Source: an uncultured Gammaproteobacteria bacterium (lineage in GTDB: Bacteria > Pseudomonadota > Gammaproteobacteria > Xanthomonadales > SZUA-38). From it: a DNA stretch of 53,739 nucleotides. Both the position numbers and the translations under genes were made by a program. Location: positions 2,055 to 55,793 of the forward strand of contig CAYGPO010000007.1 in assembly GCA_964351665.1 (NCBI GenBank). The letters are read 5' to 3'. The notes below the pieces were generated by a model that ran no database searches, was not told the DNA's origin, and worked only from the letters and a program-made list of their open reading frames with translations. Within the stretch, counting starts at the first letter, position 1. The number at the start of each line of letters is the position of its first letter. Positions 1-8,681 of this stretch are shown one piece after another.

Positions 1-48
1 TGCCGGGAAAACGAAAACAACTCCGGGATTTATCTGGCCCAGCAGTAA
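1..48 (+). CDS. 3' end of a gene truncated by the window edge (CRENENNSGIYLAQQ*), possibly 6-pyruvoyl-tetrahydropterin synthase/QueD-like
   Basis: Frame +1 is open from base 1 to TAA at 46-48. The RENExNSxIY ending resembles the C-terminal strand of QueD/PTPS-like proteins, but only 15 codons are visible. Confidence 0.25.
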   Translation, partial: CRENENNSGIYLAQQ

Positions 49-100
49 CACACCGCAGGCGGGTCTGGTTCAGCCCGGCGGCAGGTAAGCTTTCTGTATT

Positions 101-1264
101 TCAGCGGTTTACCGGCTCACCCTTGCAGTGACCAGGCTCTGAGCGCCACACCACCGGTTCCCAGTACTCATCGTGATCGGCCTGCTGCTTACGATCAAAC
201 AGTAGCTTGGCAGCTACGTGGTAAACCATTCCGTCGGTCACCTGCAGGTTCAGTTCCTGGGCCTGGCGGCGTTTTTCAAACCGGGTGTGTTTGATCCGCA
301 ATTCGCTGCTGGGGATCAAATCGCTGATCAGCAGTCGGTAGTTACCTGGCCTTAGGTATTGAAAACCGCGCATGATAGCGCCGCCGTTATCCGCATTGAT
401 CCCCATTAAATAGGCCGGATACAGGTCAAACTCATGGGGCGGTGGATCGTACAGGGACAGGGTGCCGCAGGCTTGTCTCAGGTCCTGATCGCGGCCGCCG
501 GCGCCGCTGCCGGTGGGTGCCCCCAGAATCAGCTGGTCCGGTGGCTCATCGTCGATGGGCATGGTCAATGCCAGCTCTACCCGGGGTAGCTGCCATTTTT
601 GCAGGGGCGCTGACAGGGTCCGCGCTTCATCGTTGCGCATCACCGTCACGGTTACCAGGTCATTGGCGGGAATGCGCTGCAGCAAGTTTTGCACCCGGCC
701 CACGGCGCGAGAGGTGTTGGAGTCATCCTGGCCCAGTCCTAACAGCGTTTCGGTATTCATGGTCACTATTCGATCACCCGCGCGCAGGCCCATGGCCGCC
801 GCGGTGCTGCCCGGGGTGACAGCCACCACCGGCAGCCCATCGCTGTTGATGGCTGGATCCCGAGTATCGCCGTAAACCACCCCCAGGTTGATCAATGCTT
901 CCGGCTGCTGGCTGAACACCAGCTCCATATCTTCATCAGCGAACAGCGGGTCCTGGGCCAGGGAAATCAGCATCGCTCGAATGGCCTGGTTGAGGCGTTC
1001 GCTGCGGGCGTCGGTGGACTGCTGCTGGGCTATGGCGTTGCCGCTGAAGGTCAGCAGCACCATGGCTGCCAGTGCTAGTGGGCCGTTTGCTGAAAAAGGT
1101 AACCTCAGCGAGGGTCTGTGTGAGGGTCGCCCTGGCCGCGTTGCAACACTTGCCAAGGGCCCTGCCATTGGCTGCGTACTTCGCCTTGCCAGGCCGGCCC
1201 ATACGCAGACTGAGGTGACCTTTTTGACCAAACGGCCCACTAGGCGATGAATGTTCATGCTCAT
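101..1264 (-). CDS. Exported PDZ-domain protein with a Cys-flanked C-terminal beta domain
   Basis: PDZ signature GLPVVAVTPGSTAAAMGLRAGDRIVTMN...VTVTVMR. Signal-like segment LALAAMVLLTFSGNAIA-Q. C-terminal domain bracketed by CGTLS...YWEPVVW...C. Start overlaps the anti-sigma stop (ATGA); true start uncertain. Confidence 0.7.
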   Translation of the reverse strand: MSMNIHRLVGRLVKKVTSVCVWAGLARRSTQPMAGPLASVATRPGRPSHRPSLRLPFSANGPLALAAMVLLTFSGNAIAQQQSTDARSERLNQAIRAMLISLAQDPLFADEDMELVFSQQPEALINLGVVYGDTRDPAINSDGLPVVAVTPGSTAAAMGLRAGDRIVTMNTETLLGLGQDDSNTSRAVGRVQNLLQRIPANDLVTVTVMRNDEARTLSAPLQKWQLPRVELALTMPIDDEPPDQLILGAPTGSGAGGRDQDLRQACGTLSLYDPPPHEFDLYPAYLMGINADNGGAIMRGFQYLRPGNYRLLISDLIPSSELRIKHTRFEKRRQAQELNLQVTDGMVYHVAAKLLFDRKQQADHDEYWEPVVWRSEPGHCKGEPVNR

Positions 1265-1776
1265 ACGCTTCCCGCCCCGGGAGAGGGGTCATAAATACTC
1301 ACCAGATCAACCATCAGGTCCACCCGGCGCTGCCACAGGCGGGCAAGAGTTTCCGGTGAATCATTGCGCTCATAGGCCAGCGCCAGGCTTTGGTCCAGGG
1401 CGATAATTTGCGCCTGCTGGGCGCGCACCAGTTGCTGCTGGGTGCTGGCCAGCCTGGCGAACTCGCTGCGCTGCTCCCGCAGCGCCCGTTCCAACTGTTC
1501 GGTGCGCTGCATCAGCGCAGTCAGCTGGCCAGAGACCGCTGGATTTGTTGGCGACGGCGCGGACTGTTGCTGTCCGCCAAGCACCAGGCCCAGGCTAACT
1601 GCCATCACCAGCGCCGCGGCCATTGAACCGGCTGCAAGCCAGCCGTTGCGGCGGCTGCGCTGGCGCTGCTGGCTGAGTTGGGTTTCCATGATGCGCTGCC
1701 AAAGATGGGCCGGCGGCTGACGTTCAGGCAGGCCCTGCAGCCAAAGCTTGATCTGGGGATCTACGTCAGTGGTCAT
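1261..1776 (-). CDS. Putative single-pass anti-sigma factor
   Basis: Overlaps the 3' end of an ECF sigma gene. N-terminal LPERQPPAHLWQRI motif, Arg-rich stretch, one TM helix (WLAAGSMAAALVMAVSLGLVL), then a predicted periplasmic coiled coil. Confidence 0.7.
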   Translation of the reverse strand: MTTDVDPQIKLWLQGLPERQPPAHLWQRIMETQLSQQRQRSRRNGWLAAGSMAAALVMAVSLGLVLGGQQQSAPSPTNPAVSGQLTALMQRTEQLERALREQRSEFARLASTQQQLVRAQQAQIIALDQSLALAYERNDSPETLARLWQRRVDLMVDLVSIYDPSPGAGSV

Positions 1777-2440
1777 GGTCGACGGGTCCTTGTTGGGGAT
1801 CGATCAATGCCTTGAGCTGCTTTCGGGCTCGAAACAGGACGGATTTGGAGAAGCTTTCGGTTTGGTTAAAAAAATCGGCAATTTCTCGATGAGTCATACC
1901 CTCCAAATCATGCATCAGTACCACCGCTCGGGCCTGGGGGCTGAGTTGCGCCAACAGGCTTTCTGTGTCGTGTTCGGTCCACGGTCTGGCCTCAGCGGCA
2001 GGGTCTTCCCAGGTTTGTTCTATCTGCTCCGCTTCAGTCATGGGTGCGATCCACTTGCGCCGGTTTAAGTGATTGATAGTGGTGTTGAAAGTAATTTGTC
2101 GCACCCAGGCCCACAGTGGCGCGGGGCCGCGGTAACGGTGGATCTTGCTGATGACTTTGATAAACGTGTCATGGACAATATCCTCAGCCACCGCCGCGCT
2201 ACCGGCCATCCGGTAGGCCACGTTGTAACAGGGTTTGGCCAATGTTTGATAAATGACTGCCATGGCGTCCGTATCACCTCTCTGGGCCCGCTGCACCGTG
2301 ATGTCATCAACGGCGGTGGCAAAGGTTGGCTTCTTATCGATATCAAGTTGGACCAATGACGGAAGAATTCCGTTGCGCTGGGGCCATTTTGACCCTTTCC
2401 ACCCATCGGTCCAACCCTGGCGTCGGTCATTTTGTGCCAA
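1766..2440 (-). CDS. ECF-family RNA polymerase sigma factor
   Basis: Region 2 (RAQRGDTDAM, AEDIVHDTFIK, LWAWVRQI) and region 4 (LSPQARAVVLMHDLEGMTHREIA...SKSVLFRARKQL). Real start is probably downstream of 2440, for example TTG at 2356. Confidence 0.9.
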   Translation of the reverse strand: MAQNDRRQGWTDGWKGSKWPQRNGILPSLVQLDIDKKPTFATAVDDITVQRAQRGDTDAMAVIYQTLAKPCYNVAYRMAGSAAVAEDIVHDTFIKVISKIHRYRGPAPLWAWVRQITFNTTINHLNRRKWIAPMTEAEQIEQTWEDPAAEARPWTEHDTESLLAQLSPQARAVVLMHDLEGMTHREIADFFNQTESFSKSVLFRARKQLKALIDPQQGPVDHDH

Positions 2441-2485
2441 CGGGAAGAAAGTTTGACGCTATAGTAGGGGGTATATAAGTCGTCG

Positions 2486-5077
2486 GTGGGACGCGAAGTG
2501 AAGCAAGTTTTGCTCGTCAACCCATCCGCAGAACAAAAGAAAGGGGTTATACACCGGCTAAAAGCCGGTAATTTCAACGTAAATACCTGCGAGACCTTCC
2601 AGGATGCGTTGATTGCGCTTGCCAATGCTGCCCGCGGCGGACCGGAGATTGACGGTCTGGTCGTAGGCTGGCCCAGCGGGGCTGACGCAGCATCGCTGTC
2701 TTTCTTTAATGCTCTGGCGGATCCAAAACACCAACACCGGGTGGTGCTGCTGGTGGCTGATGAGCTGGCGTCCATGGCCGTGACCTGGCTGAAACAGCGT
2801 CGCCGGTCGGCATTGTTGCTGTGGGGGGATTGCGCTGAGATCCCCGCCGCCATGAGCAAGCTGCTGGAGCCCCATCGTCCGGCCCAGATCAACTACCTGG
2901 ATATTCTGGCTGAACACCACCTGCGGGTGCTTTTCGTGGACGATTCACCAACGGTACGAATCGCCTTTCGTCGCATGCTCATGAAATACGGTTTCCTGGT
3001 CACCACTGCGCCCAACGCTCTGGAGGGCTATCGGCTGGCTAACCGTGAGCCTTTTGATCTGGCGATTATTGATTACTTCATGCCGGCTCAAAACGGTGTC
3101 GCACTGGTGCGCAAGCTGCGCTCAGACCCCAACACTGCGCACATAGTCACCGCCATCATTACCGGCACCTACTCAGACACGGTGATTAATGAGGCCTTGG
3201 CAGCCGGCGCCAGTGAGTGCATTTTCAAGTCCGAGGCTAGAGAGCTGTTTCTGGCCCGGATTGGGTCCCTGGCCCGAAACATTATTGACCGTAAAGCCAT
3301 CGACCGGGAAAAGCGCCAGCTTGAAGGTATTCTGCACTCGGTGGGGGACGGCGTTTATGGCGTCAACGAGCGCGGTGAAATTCAGTTCATCAACCCCGCC
3401 GCTCGAGATATTTTGGAATTTGATGCCGAAGCTGAGCTGGTGGGCGGTAGCGCCTACGAACGTTTCCATCACCTATTCGAAGACGGCGAAACCATGGCTA
3501 AAGAGTCGTGTTTTCTCAGCCAGTGTTACCGCACTGGCAATCAGATCACCGGCTGGCAGACCACCTTCTGGTCTCGGCATGGGCGGCCAATTCCTGTGGA
3601 ATGCACCGTCTTCCCGCTGGAAATCGGCGGCCGCAGAACCGGTTCTGTGGTGGCTTTTCGGGACGTGTCGGCACGCAAGCAGTTAGAAGAGGAGCTGCGC
3701 TGGCAAGCCACCCACGATTCCCTGACTCAGCTCAGCAACCGGTCTCATTTTGAGCACGAGCTTGAGCAGGAGCTCAATCGGCTGCGCAGGGTTGATGGTG
3801 TAAGCGCGGTGCTGTTCATCGACCTTGACCGATTCAAATACATTAACGACACCGCCGGCCACAGCGCCGGAGACCGGCTGCTTATCGAGGTAGCCCAGCG
3901 CCTTACCGAGCGCCTGCGGGTGTCCGATTCTCTGGCTCGAATTGGCGGCGACGAATATGCGGTGATCCTGCGTAACGTGCGGGCTGAGAGCATCGAGTCT
4001 GCGGCGGATAATTTTCGCCGGTCCCTGGCAGAAATGCCCTTTAGTTATGGGGGCAAGGAGTATTCCATCAGCGCAACCGTTGGCGTGGCCCTGATGGATG
4101 CGGCAACGCCGTCCCTGTCAGAGGCGATGGCGAATGCGGACATTGCCTGTCATGTGGCGAAAAACGGTGGCCGCAATCGGGTTCACGTGTTTTCTGCTGA
4201 TGCTGATCAAAAAGCGGCCATGGATCTGGAGCTGGGCTGGTCGGCACGCCTGCGCAAAGCGCTGACCGACGATGAGTTTGAGCTGCGCTTTCAGCCCATG
4301 CTGGAAACCGAGGGGCTGGATTTCAACGCTATTCCCGATGAGGAAGGTCGCTTGTGGCAGGACAACAACCCTGGCCTGACAGGGGCCACTGCCAGCTACG
4401 AAGTATTGCTGCGACTTCGCGACTCCAGCGGCAATCTGATTTCCCCCGACGCCTTTTTGCCCACCGCTGAGCGCTTCAACATGATGGTGGAAATTGATCG
4501 ATGGGTGATCGACAAGGCCTTCGGGCAGCTGGCCCAGATGTCTCAGCAGGGGCGGCTGGTGCGGCTGTCGATCAATCTTTCTGAACATTTTCTGCTCGAC
4601 AGTTGCTGTCTACCCTATATCAAGGAGCGGCTCCGCGAACACGTGCTGGACCCAAATTTGCTGACCTTTGAGCTGTCAGAGTCCCGCGCCATCGGTAACA
4701 TTGATCGCACCGCAGAGGTGGTCACGGAGCTCAAGGCCATGGGTTGCCGGATTGGGCTGGACGATTTTGGCACCGGCTTTGCGTCCTTTACCCACCTGAA
4801 ACGGCTGGATGTGGACTATCTTAAGGTCGATGGCAGCTACATGAAATCCATGAGTCAAGATCCCATCAATGCTGCCGTGCTGGCGGCCATTGCCAAAATT
4901 GCCCATGCCCTGGGCAAGCGCACGGTGGCCGAAGGTGTGGAATCTGCCCGGGAAGTCAGGGCGCTGAAAGACAGTGGAATCGACATGCTGCAGGGGTATT
5001 TCATTGCCCGGCCCCAGAGCGCATTTAAGATCCCAATTCGGCGCGATAACGTCACCTCGATCACCAAAGCGCTTTAG
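2486..5077 (+). CDS. Response-regulated diguanylate cyclase/phosphodiesterase (degenerate REC-REC-PAS-GGDEF-EAL)
   Basis: REC (VLFVDDS, IIDYFMP, IFKS), PAS (INPAA, GRPIPVEC, VAFRDVS), GGDEF (HDSLTQLSNR, DLDRFKYINDTAGH, GGDEY) and EAL (YEVLLRL, DDFGTG, LKVD, VAEGVE, QGY) motifs. Confidence 0.93.
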   Translation: MGREVKQVLLVNPSAEQKKGVIHRLKAGNFNVNTCETFQDALIALANAARGGPEIDGLVVGWPSGADAASLSFFNALADPKHQHRVVLLVADELASMAVTWLKQRRRSALLLWGDCAEIPAAMSKLLEPHRPAQINYLDILAEHHLRVLFVDDSPTVRIAFRRMLMKYGFLVTTAPNALEGYRLANREPFDLAIIDYFMPAQNGVALVRKLRSDPNTAHIVTAIITGTYSDTVINEALAAGASECIFKSEARELFLARIGSLARNIIDRKAIDREKRQLEGILHSVGDGVYGVNERGEIQFINPAARDILEFDAEAELVGGSAYERFHHLFEDGETMAKESCFLSQCYRTGNQITGWQTTFWSRHGRPIPVECTVFPLEIGGRRTGSVVAFRDVSARKQLEEELRWQATHDSLTQLSNRSHFEHELEQELNRLRRVDGVSAVLFIDLDRFKYINDTAGHSAGDRLLIEVAQRLTERLRVSDSLARIGGDEYAVILRNVRAESIESAADNFRRSLAEMPFSYGGKEYSISATVGVALMDAATPSLSEAMANADIACHVAKNGGRNRVHVFSADADQKAAMDLELGWSARLRKALTDDEFELRFQPMLETEGLDFNAIPDEEGRLWQDNNPGLTGATASYEVLLRLRDSSGNLISPDAFLPTAERFNMMVEIDRWVIDKAFGQLAQMSQQGRLVRLSINLSEHFLLDSCCLPYIKERLREHVLDPNLLTFELSESRAIGNIDRTAEVVTELKAMGCRIGLDDFGTGFASFTHLKRLDVDYLKVDGSYMKSMSQDPINAAVLAAIAKIAHALGKRTVAEGVESAREVRALKDSGIDMLQGYFIARPQSAFKIPIRRDNVTSITKAL

Positions 5078-5082
5078 GGCGG

Positions 5083-6009
5083 CTACAGTATCGGTTTTAG
5101 ATCCGCATCAGGGTAGTTGCCGGCGCGACTGAGCATGCCCGGTACCGGACGGTTTAAGGTGCTGCCCAGCCAGCCCGAGGCGTTGATCATGGCGTCCAGG
5201 TCAACGCCGCTGTCAAAGCCCATTCCGTGGCACATATAAAGCAGATCTTCACTGGCGATATTGCCTGTTGCCCGGGGCGCAAAAGGGCAGCCGCCGATGC
5301 CGCCAATGCTGGCATCGAGCACCGGAACCCCCGCCATCAGAGCTGCCGCTGCGTTGGCATAGCCGGTGTTGCGGGTGTTGTGAAAGTGAGCGCGGCTGCT
5401 GATGTGATCGGGCAGCCTTTCATTAAGGGCCTGGAACAGGCTGGCGACCTGGGCCGGATTGGCAACGCCGATGGTGTCGGCCAAGGCAATCTCGGCGGGT
5501 CCGGCGGCCATCAGCTCGGTGGCAATTTCCAGTATGCGTGAGGCCGGCACCGGGCCGTCAAAGGGGCAGCCAAAGGCTACGGCTATGGTGACCTGGGCCC
5601 GCAGCCCAGCGCTCACGGCGTCGCTGATCACCCGCTGACAAACCTCAATGCTCTGATGCACGGTCTGGCGCTGATTTTTTCGGCCGAAACCATCGCTACC
5701 AACGGCAACGGCGCCAATTTCGTTGATTCTGCCAGTGGCGATGGCCCGTTCAAGCCCTCGGGAATTCAATACCAGGCCCACGTAGCAGGCGTCGGATTGC
5801 GGAAGTCCCTCGCAGACCGCCTCAGCGTCGGCCATCTGGGGAACCACCTTGGGATGGACAAAGCTGGCCACTTCAATGCGGCCCACGCCGGCGTTCAAGG
5901 CCCGGCGGATAAGCTCCAGCTTATTGGCGGTAGAAAATACCCCCGCCTCGTTTTGCAGACCATCCCGGGGGCTGACCTCAACCAGCTCAAAGTGTTGTTG
6001 GCTGGTCAT
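5083..6009 (-). CDS. hmgL: Hydroxymethylglutaryl-CoA lyase
   Basis: EVSPRDGLQNE, IEVASFVHPKVVPQMAD, ADTIG, HFHNTR and GGIGGCPFAPRATGNIASEDL motifs. Confidence 0.9.
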   Translation of the reverse strand: MTSQQHFELVEVSPRDGLQNEAGVFSTANKLELIRRALNAGVGRIEVASFVHPKVVPQMADAEAVCEGLPQSDACYVGLVLNSRGLERAIATGRINEIGAVAVGSDGFGRKNQRQTVHQSIEVCQRVISDAVSAGLRAQVTIAVAFGCPFDGPVPASRILEIATELMAAGPAEIALADTIGVANPAQVASLFQALNERLPDHISSRAHFHNTRNTGYANAAAALMAGVPVLDASIGGIGGCPFAPRATGNIASEDLLYMCHGMGFDSGVDLDAMINASGWLGSTLNRPVPGMLSRAGNYPDADLKPIL

Positions 6010-6590
6010 TGGTCCACGGATTGTGTGGCTGGGGTCGGCGCCGAGTCGTCTGTAGATTCGGGCTGCTGCTGGGGCGCCAGATCTTCCAGTAGGCTGGGGG
6101 CCAGGCCGTCTGGCGGTGCCCCGGGCCTGGCGGGCAAGCCGGGTCGGCCCAGGCTAGGTTGGCTGTTGAGGCTGGCGGCCCTATCCAGCACGCAGCGTCC
6201 GCTGCGGCAGCTGGTGGGCGGTGGATCGCTGGTACAGGCGGACTGACAAACCCCGCAGGCAGCGGTGAATTCATCCTGCATGCGGTACAGACGGACAAAA
6301 TGTTCCTCGGCAATAGCGTTGGCGCAGTCGAAGGGACAGTCCAGACGAATCACCGTGCAGTCGTTGTCGGTGACGCAGGCGGTGGCGCCTAGCAGGGATT
6401 TTTCCAGCGCCGTTTTAAGGCCGTCACACTCGGCGCTGCGGACGGTGTTGTCCAAGGCGCCGTCAGCCACCGGCCGCATCGGCAATACCTGCTGGCCCGG
6501 CGGTGCGGCCACAATCAGCTGGGCGGAAAACCAGCCCAGGGCAGCGGTCATCACCAGGGCGCCCAGAAATACCCAGCCCATCTTGCTCAT
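6006..6590 (-). CDS. Hypothetical exported or membrane-anchored protein with a 10-Cys domain
   Basis: N-terminal hydrophobic helix, 10 Cys clustered mid-protein and a Pro/acidic tail. 4-bp overlaps with both neighbouring genes. Confidence 0.7.
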   Translation of the reverse strand: MSKMGWVFLGALVMTAALGWFSAQLIVAAPPGQQVLPMRPVADGALDNTVRSAECDGLKTALEKSLLGATACVTDNDCTVIRLDCPFDCANAIAEEHFVRLYRMQDEFTAACGVCQSACTSDPPPTSCRSGRCVLDRAASLNSQPSLGRPGLPARPGAPPDGLAPSLLEDLAPQQQPESTDDSAPTPATQSVDQ

Positions 6591-7717
6591 GGCATTGCGC
6601 CACCGGCCGCGCTGTTTTTGGCTGGGTTTTTCCCCCGCTCTGGGAACATCGCTGCCAGTCCCTCGGTGGAGGCGTCACACACGCCCCGTTCGGTAATGAT
6701 GCCGGTCACCAGCCGTGCCGGGGTGACGTCAAAGGCGTCATTGCGAACGTCGCTACCGTTGGCAATGACGTTAACCTGGGCCGGCTTCCCCATGGCATCG
6801 GTGCCGTGCACCCATCGCACTTCATCACCGCTGCGTTGCTCGATGGGAATCTGGCTCAGGCCATCATCCAGCTGCCAGTCGATGGAGGGCGAGGGCGCGC
6901 AAACATAAAACGGCAGCTGATTATCGTGGGCTGCCAGCGCCTTTAGATAGGTACCAATTTTGTTGCAGACATCACCGTTGGCCACAGTGCGATCAGTGCC
7001 CACCAGGCACAGATCCACCAACCCATGTTGCATCAGGTGGCCACCGGCATTGTCTACGATGACGGTATGGGGCACCCCATGGGCGCCCAACTCCCAGGCG
7101 GTCAAGGCGCCCCCCTGATTGCGTGGGCGGGTTTCATCAACCCATACGTGGATCTCTATACCCGCATCAATTGCCTTATAAATGGGCGCCGTTGCCGTGC
7201 CCCAGTCCAAGGTGGCCAAGGCTCCGGCGTTGCAGTGGGTCAGCACGTTAACCGGGCCAGGGCGCCGCTGTGCGATGGTCTTGATCAGGCCCAGGCCATG
7301 ATCGCCGATGGCGCTGCATAGCTGGGCGTCTTCACGGCAAATCTCAAGGCTTAGGGCCAGCGCCGCAGCCGCTCTCGCTGCCGTCGCCAGGGGTTGCAGG
7401 TAATCGCTCATGCGCGCCACTGCCCAGGCCAGGTTGATGGCCGTGGGGCGAGCTGCGGCGATGGCCCGGGCGGCTTCAGCCAGGGATTCATCGGAGGCGT
7501 CAAGGCGCATCTGCAGGGTCAGTCCAAAGGCCGCGGTGGCGCCAATCAGCGGCGCTCCACGAACCTGCATATCGGTGATGGCCGTAATCGCGTCGGCCAG
7601 GCTGCGCAGCTGCCTGGGCTGAAATTTTCCCGGCAGCAGGGTCTGATCGATGATCCAAACACTGTCGCTGGCCGGGTCATGCCAAATGGTGTGATAGTTT
7701 TGGCCGCGGTATTTCAT
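6587..7717 (-). CDS. mtnA: S-methyl-5-thioribose-1-phosphate isomerase
   Basis: [50 protein letters not shown] and [10 protein letters not shown] motifs. Confidence 0.95.
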   Translation of the reverse strand: MKYRGQNYHTIWHDPASDSVWIIDQTLLPGKFQPRQLRSLADAITAITDMQVRGAPLIGATAAFGLTLQMRLDASDESLAEAARAIAAARPTAINLAWAVARMSDYLQPLATAARAAAALALSLEICREDAQLCSAIGDHGLGLIKTIAQRRPGPVNVLTHCNAGALATLDWGTATAPIYKAIDAGIEIHVWVDETRPRNQGGALTAWELGAHGVPHTVIVDNAGGHLMQHGLVDLCLVGTDRTVANGDVCNKIGTYLKALAAHDNQLPFYVCAPSPSIDWQLDDGLSQIPIEQRSGDEVRWVHGTDAMGKPAQVNVIANGSDVRNDAFDVTPARLVTGIITERGVCDASTEGLAAMFPERGKNPAKNSAAGGAMP

Positions 7718-8037
7718 GGGTCAGGTGGGTTTTCCTTCGGTTTATTGCCTATCTTGCGGCCGGCATTTTTGCCCCCGGCAGGATTTGCCCTGGCGGCATT
7801 TTTCATCGCCTCCCGCCACTGTTCTTGTCGCAGCCGAGCCGCTTCCTGCTCTGCCAGCAACGGCGTCCACAGTAAAATAATCAGCGCAGCAATATTGAAC
7901 AGCGGCAGGGCACCCAGCAGGGCCCAGTTAAGGGGGGTGCGGCCGCGATTTTTCGCCAACAGTCCCAGCAGCGGCGGCAGCAGCACACAGCTGGCCACCA
8001 CGATCAGGATCAGTCTGGTTGGAGTAAGCACCAGCAT
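7714..8037 (-). CDS. Small two-TM membrane protein of unknown function
   Basis: Two hydrophobic segments joined by AKNRGR..W, with a basic tail. Stop overlaps the mtnA start. Confidence 0.6.
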   Translation of the reverse strand: MLVLTPTRLILIVVASCVLLPPLLGLLAKNRGRTPLNWALLGALPLFNIAALIILLWTPLLAEQEAARLRQEQWREAMKNAARANPAGGKNAGRKIGNKPKENPPDP

Positions 8038-8092
8038 CGCCCCATCATACGTGATTGATGGGGTTTTGGCGTCCAGCTAATCCGAGTTTTGG

Positions 8093-8605
8093 TTACCAGT
8101 GGCCGGTACCGGGCTCCCCTTTGACCGGCCCACAGATCTCGCCGGTGATCCAACCACCGTAAAAGCCGCCGGGCTGAGGCTTGACCCGTTCCCCGTCGAC
8201 CCGGCATTCAATCCTGCCCGGGTAAAACGACGGCCAGCCGGCAATGGCAGCGAAGCTGGCTGAGGGAGATGGGTAACACCAGCCCACGGGCGCTGCCTGG
8301 GGTTTGTCTGGCTGACCCAGATAGCTGGCCGGACCTTTCCATTCGCAAAATGACTGGCCTTGGACCCGGCTCAATAGCTCCCAGTTAACCTCCTCTGAGG
8401 GCAGATAAAAGGTAGGTGGGCTGGCGGTTTCCAGCACCCGCATGCAGCGGCTGGATTGGGCCAGTAACTGATCGCCGAGGCGAACCTCAACGGTGCGCTG
8501 ATCGGCCACCAGCCGGGGCGGGCGCGGGTAGTCCCAAACCGACTCCTGGCCCGGCCCGGGGGCTATGGCAAAATCGGGTCGTTGCTGTCCGGTGTAATGC
8601 CACAT
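8093..8605 (-). CDS. DUF427-family protein
   Basis: QESVWDYPRPP, LETASPPTFY, SFCEWKG and QPGGFYGGWIT motifs. Confidence 0.88.
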   Translation of the reverse strand: MWHYTGQQRPDFAIAPGPGQESVWDYPRPPRLVADQRTVEVRLGDQLLAQSSRCMRVLETASPPTFYLPSEEVNWELLSRVQGQSFCEWKGPASYLGQPDKPQAAPVGWCYPSPSASFAAIAGWPSFYPGRIECRVDGERVKPQPGGFYGGWITGEICGPVKGEPGTGHW

Positions 8606-8681
8606 GGTAATTGTCCTCGCATCGTTTGAGTGTGTGCGCTAAGGCGGGTGGTGGAAACACGACGTACCGGCCCGGCCGGTC

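Noticed and set aside
6006-6590. c-type cytochrome substrate of the nearby Ccm system
   Set aside because: No CxxCH motif; the only CxxC reads CGVCQ.
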